A stretch of 64,000 nt of DNA from a bacterium (GTDB lineage: Bacteria > Cyanobacteriota > Vampirovibrionia > Obscuribacterales > JAKAZS01), in NCBI GenBank assembly GCA_021815785.1, contig JAKAZS010000001.1, positions 5,599 to 69,598 on the forward strand, given 5' to 3'. Of the stretch, positions 28,063-38,173 are shown piece after piece; positions within the stretch are counted from its first letter, which is position 1; each line of letters starts with the position of its first letter. The translations under genes and the position numbers were made by a program. Below the pieces are notes generated by a model that saw nothing but the letters and a program-made list of their open reading frames with translations, searched no databases and was not told where the DNA came from.

Positions 28063-28417
28063 AATTTGTCAAGTATACAATGTAAATAGCAGTCTCTATG
28101 TATCTAGACAGACAGTAATTGCTGATACATTTTTAACAAGACTAATTGGCTTACTTTTAACAAAAAAATTCAAGCCAGGATCTGGTTTAATTATTGAGCC
28201 TTGTAAATCAATTCATATGTTTTTTATGCGTTACCCTATTGATGTAATCTTTTATAATCAAAATCTAGAAATTGTTGCCTTAGTTGAAAATATCCAACCT
28301 TGGCAGTTTACAAAAGTTTATTCTAAAGCAAAGGCATGTTTAGAATTACCAATAAATTCAATTAGACAAAGTAATTCTTCAATAAATGATCAACTTAAAA
28401 TTGAATTCTTAAACTAA
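28013..28417 (+). CDS. DUF192 (UPF0127/COG1430-like) protein. The start is uncertain: TTG 28013, GTG 28040 or GTG 28052.
   Basis: DUF192-like core ADTFLTRLIGLL...SGLIIEPCKSIHMFFMRYPIDVIFYNQNLEIVALVENIQPW. Overlaps the 3' end of tadC by 11-50 nt depending on the start. Confidence 0.6.
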   Translation: MSHHLVHRWVAALVLSKICQVYNVNSSLYVSRQTVIADTFLTRLIGLLLTKKFKPGSGLIIEPCKSIHMFFMRYPIDVIFYNQNLEIVALVENIQPWQFTKVYSKAKACLELPINSIRQSNSSINDQLKIEFLN

Positions 28418-28508
28418 AGATAGACCTTGCAAAACCTACATATTGAGTTGATCTAAATAAATTTAAATTACTGATTATTGGTAAATTGACCAGCAAATTA
28501 TATTAACT

Positions 28509-29063
28509 TTAGGGTTTTGAATTCATAATCATTTGAATAATAAATTCGCCCCAGTTTAAAGTAATTATCAAGCTTAAAGCAATAAATGGTGCTAAAGAAA
28601 TCCTGGATTTTAAAACGTTATTTAAATTGGTTTTATCAAAATTAAAGACAAAAGCTTGTTTGGTTTGCATTGCTAAGATATAATCCCAACAAAGTTTTCG
28701 CCAGGGAATAACTAAGGCGATGCGAATAACTGAATAGAATCCAAACAAAAATGCATAAAAGAACCAGGTAATTAAAATTAATTTTGGTCCAATAAATGCA
28801 CCAATACAGCCCATTAATTTTACATCACCATAACCAACTTTATGTTTAGGATCAAGCACAATCATTATGACAACGGCAATAATATACGCTAAAATAGAAA
28901 TAAATAAACCTTGCCAGCCACGGTTCAAAGTATTAAGAACCAGTCCTAAGATTGCACCGCCAAAATTAAGATAATTAGGGATTTTCTTGGTTTTAATATC
29001 AATAATTGAAGCAACGATAGCTATTACAACAATAAGGACATTTATAATTGTTAAGCTAATCAT
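28509..29063 (-). CDS. tadV: A24-family prepilin peptidase (TadV/CpaA-like, no methyltransferase domain)
   Basis: 184 aa polytopic protein. Two Asp motifs in context: SIIDIKTKKIPN and VGYGDVKLMGCIGAFIG. Confidence 0.85.
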   Translation of the reverse strand: MISLTIINVLIVVIAIVASIIDIKTKKIPNYLNFGGAILGLVLNTLNRGWQGLFISILAYIIAVVIMIVLDPKHKVGYGDVKLMGCIGAFIGPKLILITWFFYAFLFGFYSVIRIALVIPWRKLCWDYILAMQTKQAFVFNFDKTNLNNVLKSRISLAPFIALSLIITLNWGEFIIQMIMNSKP

Positions 29064-29091
29064 TAATAAACCTTACTCACCATTAATGCAT

Positions 29092-29484
29092 CTAATTATT
29101 GACATAAGCAATAACATCAATTTCGATTTGTGCACCTTTAACTAAGGCATTAACACCAACCGTGGCCCTAGCTGGTTTATGAGTACCAAAAAAATCAGCA
29201 TAAACTTGATTCATTAAAGGAAAATCATTAAGATTTGTCAGGTAAATATTTACCTTGACAATATTCTGATATCCAGAATTAGCGGCCTTAAGTATATTAT
29301 CGATATTAATTAAAATTTGTCGAGTTTGTTCTTTTATATCACCAGTAATCAAATCGCCAGTAACTGGCGATATCGGCAATTGACCTGATACGAAAATTAA
29401 ATTATTAAAAACCACACCTTGTGAATAAGGACCAATAGCTTTAGGCGCTTCATTTGTTTCAATACACAATACTTGCGAATTCAT
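29092..29484 (-). CDS. ridA: RidA/YjgF-family reactive intermediate deaminase
   Basis: APKAIGPYSQG, FVSGQLP and PARATVGVNALVKGAQIEID are typical RidA blocks. Start taken at ATG 29484; the track uses GTG 29496. Confidence 0.88.
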   Translation of the reverse strand: MNSQVLCIETNEAPKAIGPYSQGVVFNNLIFVSGQLPISPVTGDLITGDIKEQTRQILINIDNILKAANSGYQNIVKVNIYLTNLNDFPLMNQVYADFFGTHKPARATVGVNALVKGAQIEIDVIAYVNN

Positions 29485-29557
29485 AGTTCTCTTCACTTAA
29501 CATCGACTTATGAATTCTAACAGATAGGCAGTCAATACGACAATAAAATAATACGAA

Positions 29558-29740
29558 CTATTTTACAAAAAACTTTTTAGGCGATTGTAACAGATTATTA
29601 GCAGTATTAAACGTTGTCGGCAATTTTGTATGGCGTTCTTGAGTCAAATAATGATTAAGTAAGACTTTAAGATCTTTACAATTCTCTTGGTAATTCTTAG
29701 CTTTAACCTGATAAGTTAACAGATTTATAACATTTAACAA
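29558..29740 (-). CDS. Small hypothetical protein (60 aa)
   Basis: TTG start 6 nt after GGAGA (rc of 29747-29751). Same strand as both neighbours. No family recognised. May be non-coding. Confidence 0.3.
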   Translation of the reverse strand: MLNVINLLTYQVKAKNYQENCKDLKVLLNHYLTQERHTKLPTTFNTANNLLQSPKKFFVK

Positions 29741-29760
29741 AATAAATCTCCTTAAAAAAT

Positions 29761-31116
29761 TTAATTAGCCTTTTTCAAAATTTTAGTTTTAATAGGTTTA
29801 ATCTTGGCATTTAACTCAGTTAAAATATAATCCAAAGTAGTTATCACAAAATCAATCTGACTTTGCGTAATAATAAGTGGTGGTTCAATGCGAATGGTTG
29901 AATTAGCATTGAGGGTTGCAGCCACTAATACACCTTTATGGAATAATTTAACCTGAATATCTTCACGCAAATCTTGAGAATTAAATTCCAGACCAATTAA
30001 TAAACCCTTGCCTCTTACGTCTTTAAGAATATTAGGATATTTACATTTTAATTTATTTAACTCAGTGAAGAAATAATTGCCCATAACCATAGAACGCGCA
30101 ATCAAATGTTCTTCTAATAACACTTCAATAGTAGCACTAGCAGCTGCACAAGCTAACGGATTTCCACCAAAAGTAGAATTATGAATGGTTGGGTTAGGTG
30201 TAAAGGCCTGCCAAACTTTAGCATTAGACATAAAACAACCAATTGGCATAACGCCACCACCAAGAGCCTTAGCTAAACATAAAATATCGGGAACAACACT
30301 TTCATGTTCACAAGCAAACATCTTACCAGTTCGCCCCATACCAGTCTGAACTTCATCGAGAATAAGCAAAATGTTATGTTGTTTAGTCAATTTACGAACC
30401 TGTTTAAGGTATCCAGCTGGCGGTAAGTTAATACCACCTTCACCTTGAATTGGTTCTAAAATAACGCAGGCTGTATCTTTAGTTATAGCTTTAGCCAATG
30501 CGTCAATATCACCAAAAGGAACATGCGTAAAACCATTAAGTAATGGTTCAAATGGCTTACGGAAAACATCCCGACCCGTCGCGGATAAAGCCCCTAAACT
30601 AACCCCATGATACGAATTTTTCGTCGAGATAATTTCACTTTTTCCGGTATATAATCGAGCCAGTTTCAAAGCTCCTTCAACAGCTTCAGTGCCACTATTA
30701 CAAAAGAAAGTGTATTTTAAATTACCCGGAGTAATCTTAGCCAATTGACTGGCTAAATAAGCAGCCCATGGATTTAACAGATCCTGACTATGTAAACAGA
30801 CTTGATCTAATTGAGCTTTAACAGCAGAAATAACTTTGGGATGACGATGGCCAATATTAAATATTCCATAACCGCCCAAACAGTCTAAATACCGTTTACC
30901 TTTATTATCATAGGTATAAACCCCTTCATCTTTAAATTCAACAGAACCTTCAGCTCCACACAATTTTTGCGAATAAGATAAATTCAAATGTTCAATTGAA
31001 TTTGTTAAAGCTAAATTAGCAATAACATCATATTGCGTTATTTTAGCTTCTTTAAAAGACTTTGTTTTTTTTCTTAAATTATTTTTTTTATAAACTACCA
31101 TAAAACCACCTAACAT
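29761..31116 (-). CDS. Class-III PLP aminotransferase (acetylornithine/putrescine/GABA aminotransferase-like)
   Basis: 451 aa. Motifs [35 protein letters not shown] and [10 protein letters not shown] (PLP Lys). Confidence 0.88.
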   Translation of the reverse strand: MLGGFMVVYKKNNLRKKTKSFKEAKITQYDVIANLALTNSIEHLNLSYSQKLCGAEGSVEFKDEGVYTYDNKGKRYLDCLGGYGIFNIGHRHPKVISAVKAQLDQVCLHSQDLLNPWAAYLASQLAKITPGNLKYTFFCNSGTEAVEGALKLARLYTGKSEIISTKNSYHGVSLGALSATGRDVFRKPFEPLLNGFTHVPFGDIDALAKAITKDTACVILEPIQGEGGINLPPAGYLKQVRKLTKQHNILLILDEVQTGMGRTGKMFACEHESVVPDILCLAKALGGGVMPIGCFMSNAKVWQAFTPNPTIHNSTFGGNPLACAAASATIEVLLEEHLIARSMVMGNYFFTELNKLKCKYPNILKDVRGKGLLIGLEFNSQDLREDIQVKLFHKGVLVAATLNANSTIRIEPPLIITQSQIDFVITTLDYILTELNAKIKPIKTKILKKAN

Positions 31117-31338
31117 ATTTAATAAATAAATACATTGCTATAATTAACTGTAAATAAGATTAAACCAGTTTTTAACGCTAGGGGTCTTTGGACATATGAA
31201 AATTTGACAGATTAGTATCGCAAGGATTCAAGATCTTAATTAATGTATGCCAATAATTTCGCAAATGAATAATCATAAAACCGTATCAGACGATAGCTAA
31301 TGTGTATACTATGATCTTATACAATTCCAATCTTAAGA

Positions 31339-31354
31339 ACAATGTGCACATTGT
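31339..31354. promoter_or_regulatory. 16-bp perfect palindrome ACAATGTGCACATTGT in a divergent intergenic region (candidate operator)
   Basis: Read directly from the sequence. Lies about 130 bp upstream of the TPR gene and about 225 bp upstream of the aminotransferase gene. It has a GC-containing core in an otherwise very AT-rich spacer. Confidence 0.3.
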
Positions 31355-31481
31355 CTAAATTTCAATAAAATAAATTAGCCAATTTGTCTAAAATATCTTA
31401 AACATAAAAATTAAGTTAAATGGTTTTTAAGAAATTAGTAATAAATCAAAATATTTGACATAATATGATGATGGATTTTAG

Positions 31482-33932
31482 TTGAGGTTTTTAAGGAAAG
31501 TGAAACATTTACCACATTATGCTTTGTTGGTGTTACTAATTAGTAATAGTTTAGCTTATGGACAGGATTTAAAACTGCGTGGGCAACTGCCCAGGCTAAA
31601 TCCTAATGATATTCAATCAGGTGGTTTACCGCTTAATCCAGTTAATACAATAACCCCAACGGCTAGTCCCCTAAAGTCATTACCAGAAAACACAAACCCT
31701 ATACCTGTTAATACAGACCTAAGCCCATCTAAAGCAACAAACCTTATTATACCTAGCAATACGAACGTGAATCCATCTAAAGCAGCAATTGTAAGCCCAA
31801 GCAATAGTTTAATCTGTAGTAAAAGTTTGCTCGATTTATATTATCAAGGTATTGCTTATTTCAAACAAGGTTATCCCAATAAAGCTTTGCCAATACTGCA
31901 ATCAGTGGTTTTAAGTGCTCCAGAAGATCCTTTAGCACATATTACTTTAGCCAGTATTCTTGAGCAAAATGGCCTTAGTGAAGATGCAATCTGTGAATAT
32001 CAAAGAGCCATCGAGCTTAAGCCCTCAGACGCCTTTGCCCGAGAAGCTTTAGGTAGCCTTTTGCTGAATCAAGGGAAAAATGAAGAAGCCTTGACTCAAT
32101 TTGCCGAAGCCATAAAATTAAAGCCTGACGTTCCCCTATTAAGGCTAAATTATGGAACAGCTTTACGAAGTCTGAAAAACTTCACCTCAGCGCTTAATCA
32201 GTTCAATCAAGTTTTACAAGCCTATCCTAACGAATTAAAAGCCAGATCACAACTAGCAGTCACCTATCAACAAATGGGAAACTATGAATTAGCGGCCAAA
32301 GAATATACCAAAGTATTAGAAACTGACAAAAATAATTATTCTTTACTTTACAACTTAGGTATTTGTTATTATGAAAACAAAAACTATAAAGATGCTATTG
32401 ACATTTTAAAACAGGCTTGTGATATTAACGCAAAAATTCCTCAAGCATACTATTACATCGCCCAAAGCGAATATAACTTAAACAACTATAAAGAAGCAAT
32501 TCAGAATTATTTAAGTGCCATTGCGCTAAAAAATGATGATCTTAAATATCATTTAAACCTAGCCAAAACCTATACAAAAACCAATGATACCACGCAAGCC
32601 ATTGAAGAATACGAAATAGCCTTAGGCTTAGATCCCCAAAACTGCCAAATTTTATTTAGTATCGGCTATCTGCAACAAACCAGTTTACAATATGATAAGG
32701 CCAAAGAAAACTATCAAAAGGCCATTGCGTTAAACCCTGATTTACCTGATGCTTACTTTAATTTAGGCCTGTTAGATTTAAAAACCAATGAATTAAGTTC
32801 GGCTGAAAATAACTTTAAAACCTATCTGAGTAAAAATCCTAAAGACAGTCAAGCCTTAATAAATTTAGCTAGGGTCTATCTTTTAGATAAAAAACCCGAA
32901 TTGGCAATAACCTATTATAAAGAAGGTCTTAGCTATAATCCTAATGATACCAATGCACTGATTGAACTAGCCAACGCCATGATTAATGTAAAAGACTATA
33001 CCGGAGCCATTCAAAATCTGGAAAGCATAATAACTCTTAATCCGACAAATATTAATGCTAGTTGCACTTTAATTGAATTATACATTAATACCAATAATTA
33101 TGAAAAGGCGCAAAATTTAATCCATAACGTATTAACCCAAGATCCAGAAAATTATGAAGCCAACCGCTTTCAAGCACAATTATTCTTAAATGAAGGTAAA
33201 ACTGTTGAAGCCATTGAAACCTATCAACATATCGTACAAATGAAACCTAATTATGCCAAAGGCTATAATGATTTAGGCATTGCCTTAGAAAAACATAATG
33301 AATTGACGGCTAGTGCTGCTCAATATCATAAAGCGATTGAATTGGACCCTAAATTTTTTGAAGCTTATATAAATTGTGCCAATATTAAACTTATCCAAGA
33401 AGATTATAATGATGCAAAAAATTTATATTCAGAAGCCTTAAAACTTGATCCTAATAATGCCCAAGCACATTTTGACTTAGCCTTAGCCTATGCTGGCCTA
33501 AAACAAACTGATAAAGCTCAAAATGAATATGAAAAAGCTATTGAGTTTGATAAGAACTTAAGCAATGCTTATTATGCCTTAGGTTTAATTTATCAGTCCC
33601 AAAACAATATAAGTAAGGCCGTGCCAGCTTTTGAAGAATACTTAAATATTGATCCTAATGGCAGTTATGCTAGTAATGCTAAAACAATTCTTGATCAAAT
33701 TAAAACGGCTATGGATAACACTAGTAACAATAATTTTACCCCTGATAAAGAAAAGAATCAGACCAATTCTATCTCCCAAACTAACACTCTTGGTGTAATA
33801 ACCAAAGAAGCCAATAATCCTACCCCCAATAATAATCATAACCCTAAAAACAATAATTCACCTAGTAAAGTCAAACCAAATCCTGCGGTAAACTCAAGTG
33901 AAACCTCAAATTCAACAATTAATCCCATCTAA
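31482..33932 (+). CDS. Large secreted TPR-repeat protein
   Basis: 816 aa. Signal-like ALLVLLISNSLAYG. Pro/Asn-rich linker, then about 20 TPR units (recurrent AxxxYxxAlxldPxxxxAxxnLG pattern). N/P/S-rich tail. Start may be TTG 31482 or GTG 31500. Confidence 0.85.
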   Translation: MRFLRKVKHLPHYALLVLLISNSLAYGQDLKLRGQLPRLNPNDIQSGGLPLNPVNTITPTASPLKSLPENTNPIPVNTDLSPSKATNLIIPSNTNVNPSKAAIVSPSNSLICSKSLLDLYYQGIAYFKQGYPNKALPILQSVVLSAPEDPLAHITLASILEQNGLSEDAICEYQRAIELKPSDAFAREALGSLLLNQGKNEEALTQFAEAIKLKPDVPLLRLNYGTALRSLKNFTSALNQFNQVLQAYPNELKARSQLAVTYQQMGNYELAAKEYTKVLETDKNNYSLLYNLGICYYENKNYKDAIDILKQACDINAKIPQAYYYIAQSEYNLNNYKEAIQNYLSAIALKNDDLKYHLNLAKTYTKTNDTTQAIEEYEIALGLDPQNCQILFSIGYLQQTSLQYDKAKENYQKAIALNPDLPDAYFNLGLLDLKTNELSSAENNFKTYLSKNPKDSQALINLARVYLLDKKPELAITYYKEGLSYNPNDTNALIELANAMINVKDYTGAIQNLESIITLNPTNINASCTLIELYINTNNYEKAQNLIHNVLTQDPENYEANRFQAQLFLNEGKTVEAIETYQHIVQMKPNYAKGYNDLGIALEKHNELTASAAQYHKAIELDPKFFEAYINCANIKLIQEDYNDAKNLYSEALKLDPNNAQAHFDLALAYAGLKQTDKAQNEYEKAIEFDKNLSNAYYALGLIYQSQNNISKAVPAFEEYLNIDPNGSYASNAKTILDQIKTAMDNTSNNNFTPDKEKNQTNSISQTNTLGVITKEANNPTPNNNHNPKNNNSPSKVKPNPAVNSSETSNSTINPI

Positions 33933-33986
33933 GTTTATTAATCAGGTATACTTTACCCTTTAAATTGTTTTTCCATATATAGTCGA

Positions 33987-35324
33987 TTACGAATTTTTCG
34001 CATCAAGAATTTCTTTATAATTAAGTAATTTTGTCAAATTAGTTAATGGCAGGTTTAGATAATATTGGCAAATCAAGCCTATTAATTGTCCATAAGCCAA
34101 AAAACTAATTATGCCCCAAAAAATTGGTTGAGTAAACTTTCCGGTAAAATAAAAAATAAAAAAATAATATACATTAATGCTAAACCAAGTCGCAAGGCTA
34201 AGCATTTTTAGCTTATGAGACACCATATCGTTGCTTGATTTATCAAAAACAATGATGCCAGCAATTATAAAAATAATCAAATCATAAACCATTATATGAG
34301 GAGAAACTAAAGGTGTTATCGATATCGCAATAACATATATCAATGGCATAAACTCCTGCCAATTGCTACGATTTTTTTTTAAAACCAAAACCGATATATA
34401 TAAACAATGAACACTTAAAATTAAGGCAAATAAATATATAATATATTTAACTACGTCTCGATAAAGAATTGGAATATATTGAGAAATTATTAGCGGGACG
34501 TTGGCAATAATATAAGGTTCAATTATATAGGTTGAAGTAGTATATACCTTGTCGGTTAAATACAAATCATGAACCCACAGTTTAAGCAAATCAATACCAT
34601 AAAATAATACAATAGTAGAAAAAATCAACCCGCATCCAAGTAGCCAACCATACAAGCATTTTCGTTTACCTAACAGAAAAAGACAAGTAACCGGTAGTAA
34701 TACAATAGGTAGTAATTGAATCTTAAAAAATATAAAAGCAAAACAAATCCCGGCAATAAAAAATTTATTTTTACTAATCAACCAATAACCAATGCAAACA
34801 GGCAATAACGTTAAGATCAAAGTCACTTGACCAATGATCAGATAATGTTGAATCGGCAAAAATAATGATAAAAGTATAAAGTATTTTAGGATTTTATTTT
34901 TAGCAAATCCCGTTAAAAGCACTGTTATAAGCCAAAATCCACTAACTTGAATTATTTGCCACAAACAATATGACTGACCAAGGGGAAGTTTGCTAAAAGG
35001 AATAAAAAATGTTGCTACAAGCGGATTTGAATTAAAAATTATTAAATGTGATTTATTTAGATGAGGTAAATATTGATGAGCCAATTTATTATAAGTATTG
35101 CCATCCAAAAAACTTTTCTGACTAAGTTTGGGATACAGATCTTTATATAAATTCATTGAAGCTAACTTGCCGGAAAAATTAAAAATATTGCCATAATCGT
35201 AATCGCTAAGAAGATCTGGTCTTGCCGTATCAATATAAAAACAAAGTCCAGCTAAAAATATCCATAAGCAAATGGCAAATATATAACAAACTTTCAACCA
35301 ATGGTTTTCAATGAATTTATACAT
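33987..35324 (-). CDS. Polytopic membrane protein, possible GT-C-type glycosyltransferase (DUF2029/GT87-like)
   Basis: 445 aa with at least 10 hydrophobic helices. The family call is from overall architecture only. Confidence 0.4.
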   Translation of the reverse strand: MYKFIENHWLKVCYIFAICLWIFLAGLCFYIDTARPDLLSDYDYGNIFNFSGKLASMNLYKDLYPKLSQKSFLDGNTYNKLAHQYLPHLNKSHLIIFNSNPLVATFFIPFSKLPLGQSYCLWQIIQVSGFWLITVLLTGFAKNKILKYFILLSLFLPIQHYLIIGQVTLILTLLPVCIGYWLISKNKFFIAGICFAFIFFKIQLLPIVLLPVTCLFLLGKRKCLYGWLLGCGLIFSTIVLFYGIDLLKLWVHDLYLTDKVYTTSTYIIEPYIIANVPLIISQYIPILYRDVVKYIIYLFALILSVHCLYISVLVLKKNRSNWQEFMPLIYVIAISITPLVSPHIMVYDLIIFIIAGIIVFDKSSNDMVSHKLKMLSLATWFSINVYYFFIFYFTGKFTQPIFWGIISFLAYGQLIGLICQYYLNLPLTNLTKLLNYKEILDAKNS

Positions 35325-35335
35325 AAAGTTATGAT

Positions 35336-36055
35336 TTATGATCCCTCTTGCAAAATTTCTACAGCACAGCCTTGATAGGAATCTAAAATCAACAGAATAT
35401 TAATAACCGAAGCAATATACATGGTTGAAGGAATTAAAAAAATACCAAATACAGTTAAACCGGGAATTAATATTGCTAAATAAAAAATTCCTGTATTTAA
35501 GCCAAACGTTATGAGCATTATTAAAGGATTACGCCAAAAATTTAAGATAAGCTGTTTTAGTGATTTAATTGGACTAGGTTTATAGGTTTTAGCAAAATCA
35601 ACAATAATAAAATTAATAATAAATTGAAATTTTATCCATAAAAAAAATATGATAAACATCGTCAAACTGGCAGTAAAGGTAAAATACCTGCTTTCAATAT
35701 CAAAAGCATTTAAACAAATTGCTGTAAATAAAACCATACCACTTAAAAACAAAAACATCAGCAAATAACTAAACCACAGTGCCATCCAGTTAAGTCCCGA
35801 TAATAATAAATCAACAAACCCATCATAATCTGGCAAGTCTGCTTTTTTTGCCAATTTATGATTAACACATTTTAAAATATAGCCAATATTTAAGGCAAAC
35901 AAACACACAGTAATCGGTATAAACACCGGACTAAAGAACAAGATAATAATTGCCGTAGCATTTATTATTCCACCAATACCTGTTTTCAAAGTCCAGTTTT
36001 TATCCTGAAAAAACAACTTAAAAGCATTATTGGGATTAAATTTAAGGTTATTCAT
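35336..36055 (-). CDS. DUF4013-like membrane protein
   Basis: 239 aa. N-terminal FQDKNWTLKTGIGGIIN followed by 5-6 TM helices. Its ATG shares one nucleotide with the surE stop (TGATG at 36053-36057). Confidence 0.5.
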   Translation of the reverse strand: MNNLKFNPNNAFKLFFQDKNWTLKTGIGGIINATAIIILFFSPVFIPITVCLFALNIGYILKCVNHKLAKKADLPDYDGFVDLLLSGLNWMALWFSYLLMFLFLSGMVLFTAICLNAFDIESRYFTFTASLTMFIIFFLWIKFQFIINFIIVDFAKTYKPSPIKSLKQLILNFWRNPLIMLITFGLNTGIFYLAILIPGLTVFGIFLIPSTMYIASVINILLILDSYQGCAVEILQEGS

Positions 36056-36864
36056 CAGTTTTCGTGAGTATTAAAATTTAAGTTAAGAATTTGAGGGTAG
36101 TGTTTAAGGTTTTCAACCGATTCATGACAAGATAAATTTAAAGAAATTGGGCTAATTGAAATTTTATTCTGTTCTAAAGCATAAATGTCAGAATTTTTTG
36201 CTTCAGCAATGTTAAGAGTCTGACCATTTAACCAAAAATATTCTTTGCCACGGGGGTCAATACGTTTTTCAAATTGATCATTATAAAGTCGAATTCCTGG
36301 CTCAGTAATCACGACTTCTTTAATTTTATCCAGACTCAAATCAGGAACATTTATATTTAAAAGGTTCGTTTTTTTAAATACATTTTCAAGGTTTATGCTA
36401 AACATAGTTTTAATAAAACCATCCAGAAAAATTGCTGCACTATCATAATGTTTAGCAAAGTCATTATGACTAAATAAACTAATAGCTATACTGGGAATCT
36501 GTAATAATGCGCCTTCACGAGCTGCAGCTACCGTACCCGAATAAAATATTTCGCCACCTAAATTAGCCCCTGAATTAATTCCACTGATAATTAAATCTGG
36601 CGCAGACCCTAAAATTTGCGTTACTCCAAATTTAATACAATCACAAGGAGTACCTGAAGTAAACCATGATTCAATGTCAGGTTGAATTATATCCGTTTTT
36701 TCAAAACGTAAAGGCTTGTGCAACGTCAAAGCATGACCACTAGCACTTCTCTGTCGATCGGGGGCTACTACCACAACTTTAAAAGACTTAGCTAATTGCC
36801 TAGCTAATACTTTTATCCCCAAAGCGGTAATTCCATCATCATTTGATAATAACAAAGTTTTCAT
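36055..36864 (-). CDS. surE: 5'/3'-nucleotidase SurE
   Basis: MKTLLLSNDDGITALGI, SGINSGANLG and YSGTVAAAREG are canonical SurE blocks. An alternative ATG lies at 36876. Confidence 0.9.
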   Translation of the reverse strand: MKTLLLSNDDGITALGIKVLARQLAKSFKVVVVAPDRQRSASGHALTLHKPLRFEKTDIIQPDIESWFTSGTPCDCIKFGVTQILGSAPDLIISGINSGANLGGEIFYSGTVAAAREGALLQIPSIAISLFSHNDFAKHYDSAAIFLDGFIKTMFSINLENVFKKTNLLNINVPDLSLDKIKEVVITEPGIRLYNDQFEKRIDPRGKEYFWLNGQTLNIAEAKNSDIYALEQNKISISPISLNLSCHESVENLKHYPQILNLNFNTHEN

Positions 36865-37034
36865 TATGCTTAACATCCCTGATTTTTTATAATTAATCTT
36901 AAATAATAAAAATCTTACAACATTAGCGAAAATTGACTATTAAATGATTAAGATTTTCCCATAATTATTATAAGGATTAAATAATAGTTGTATTAGTTAT
37001 TAAATTAACTTAAGAATTGCCAAGAGGAGTGTAA

Positions 37035-38159
37035 ATGTTTGATATTAATTATTTAGTCCAAGATGACTGGCTAGCCTATTTATTAACCCAATCATATAAT
37101 TTAGCTTTAAATTTAAAACACAAATATATCTGTAGTCATCATTTATTATCCGTTTTAAGTAAAGAATCCGAAATTATCAATAAAAAACTTTTGACAACTT
37201 TAGACAGTAAAGAAATTGAACTTGAATTATCAAGGTTAAATTATGAAGAAATTGAAAGCACTTATAAGGTTGTCAACCTTAAACTTTTGACAACCAAAAA
37301 TAGTTTAGTAAATGATTGTCAATTTATTGACTTTAGCTTAAGTGAAACTTTAATCAATATTTTAAAAACCGCAAAAAAATATTCTTTATATCTTGATCTT
37401 GAAAAAATTAATGAAAATCACCTATTTATGTCATTCCTCGACAATAATACCAGTTTAGCCAACAAAGCTATTGAATCTACCGGCACAAACCAAAATAGTC
37501 TCAAACAAACCATTATTCAAAATATAACTCAAGATTTAACCCAACAAGGTAATCCTGCCGAATTTAAAAATTGCGTGGTTAAATGCCTCAAAAAAATAAT
37601 TACTTGGTATGAAAATCTGGTTGACAATGTTAATGAATTAAGTTTGCCGCAGCCAAGTAATCAAATTAGACGAGAAGAAATTGCCTTTAAAGTAATGGAA
37701 AAATATTTAACTGAATTAATTCAGTTACAACTGAATTTAAGAAGATTTGCCCTTGAGCATCAGCTTAAAATAATTGACAAACAAGTAGGTCCTTTATCTG
37801 ATCAAATACAATCATCAATTGTATCTTTAGCGGCTCAAAACATAAGAAGTCAAGTAAAGCAAATCATCGAATATATGTTTTCTCATGAATGTCATTTATT
37901 TCATGATATGCCCAATGAATCTGAGTATGAACAAATTGGCCTTATCGTTGAAGATTTATGGTGGTCATATGGTGAGGCTCTGGCCTTAGAGGATTTGTAC
38001 TGCCTGGCTATTGAAGACCATCGTCGTAAACATTTACTGGATCTGCAAAAAAATAAACTGGACATTTGTGAAAAGCTAACTAATTTAAAAACCAAATTAG
38101 TTAATACTTCCAATCAGCTCTTTAAAAAGCATCCTGTTCTAAAAACCGTTCAAAATTAA
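37035..38159 (+). CDS. Orphan Clp_N (ClpA/B N-domain double repeat) protein with helical C-terminal domain
   Basis: 374 aa. Two Clp_N-like repeats (LTQSYNLALNLKHKYICSHHLLSVLSKES and LINILKTAKKYSLYLDLEKINENHLFMSFLDNN). No AAA+ module. SD AGAGGAG before the ATG. Confidence 0.55.
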   Translation: MFDINYLVQDDWLAYLLTQSYNLALNLKHKYICSHHLLSVLSKESEIINKKLLTTLDSKEIELELSRLNYEEIESTYKVVNLKLLTTKNSLVNDCQFIDFSLSETLINILKTAKKYSLYLDLEKINENHLFMSFLDNNTSLANKAIESTGTNQNSLKQTIIQNITQDLTQQGNPAEFKNCVVKCLKKIITWYENLVDNVNELSLPQPSNQIRREEIAFKVMEKYLTELIQLQLNLRRFALEHQLKIIDKQVGPLSDQIQSSIVSLAAQNIRSQVKQIIEYMFSHECHLFHDMPNESEYEQIGLIVEDLWWSYGEALALEDLYCLAIEDHRRKHLLDLQKNKLDICEKLTNLKTKLVNTSNQLFKKHPVLKTVQN

Positions 38160-38173
38160 ATACTTAACACTAA

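Noticed and set aside
31613-33839. Antisense ORFs within the large TPR gene (31613-31804, 33642-33839)
   Set aside because: They are shadows of low-complexity P/N-rich segments of the TPR protein.
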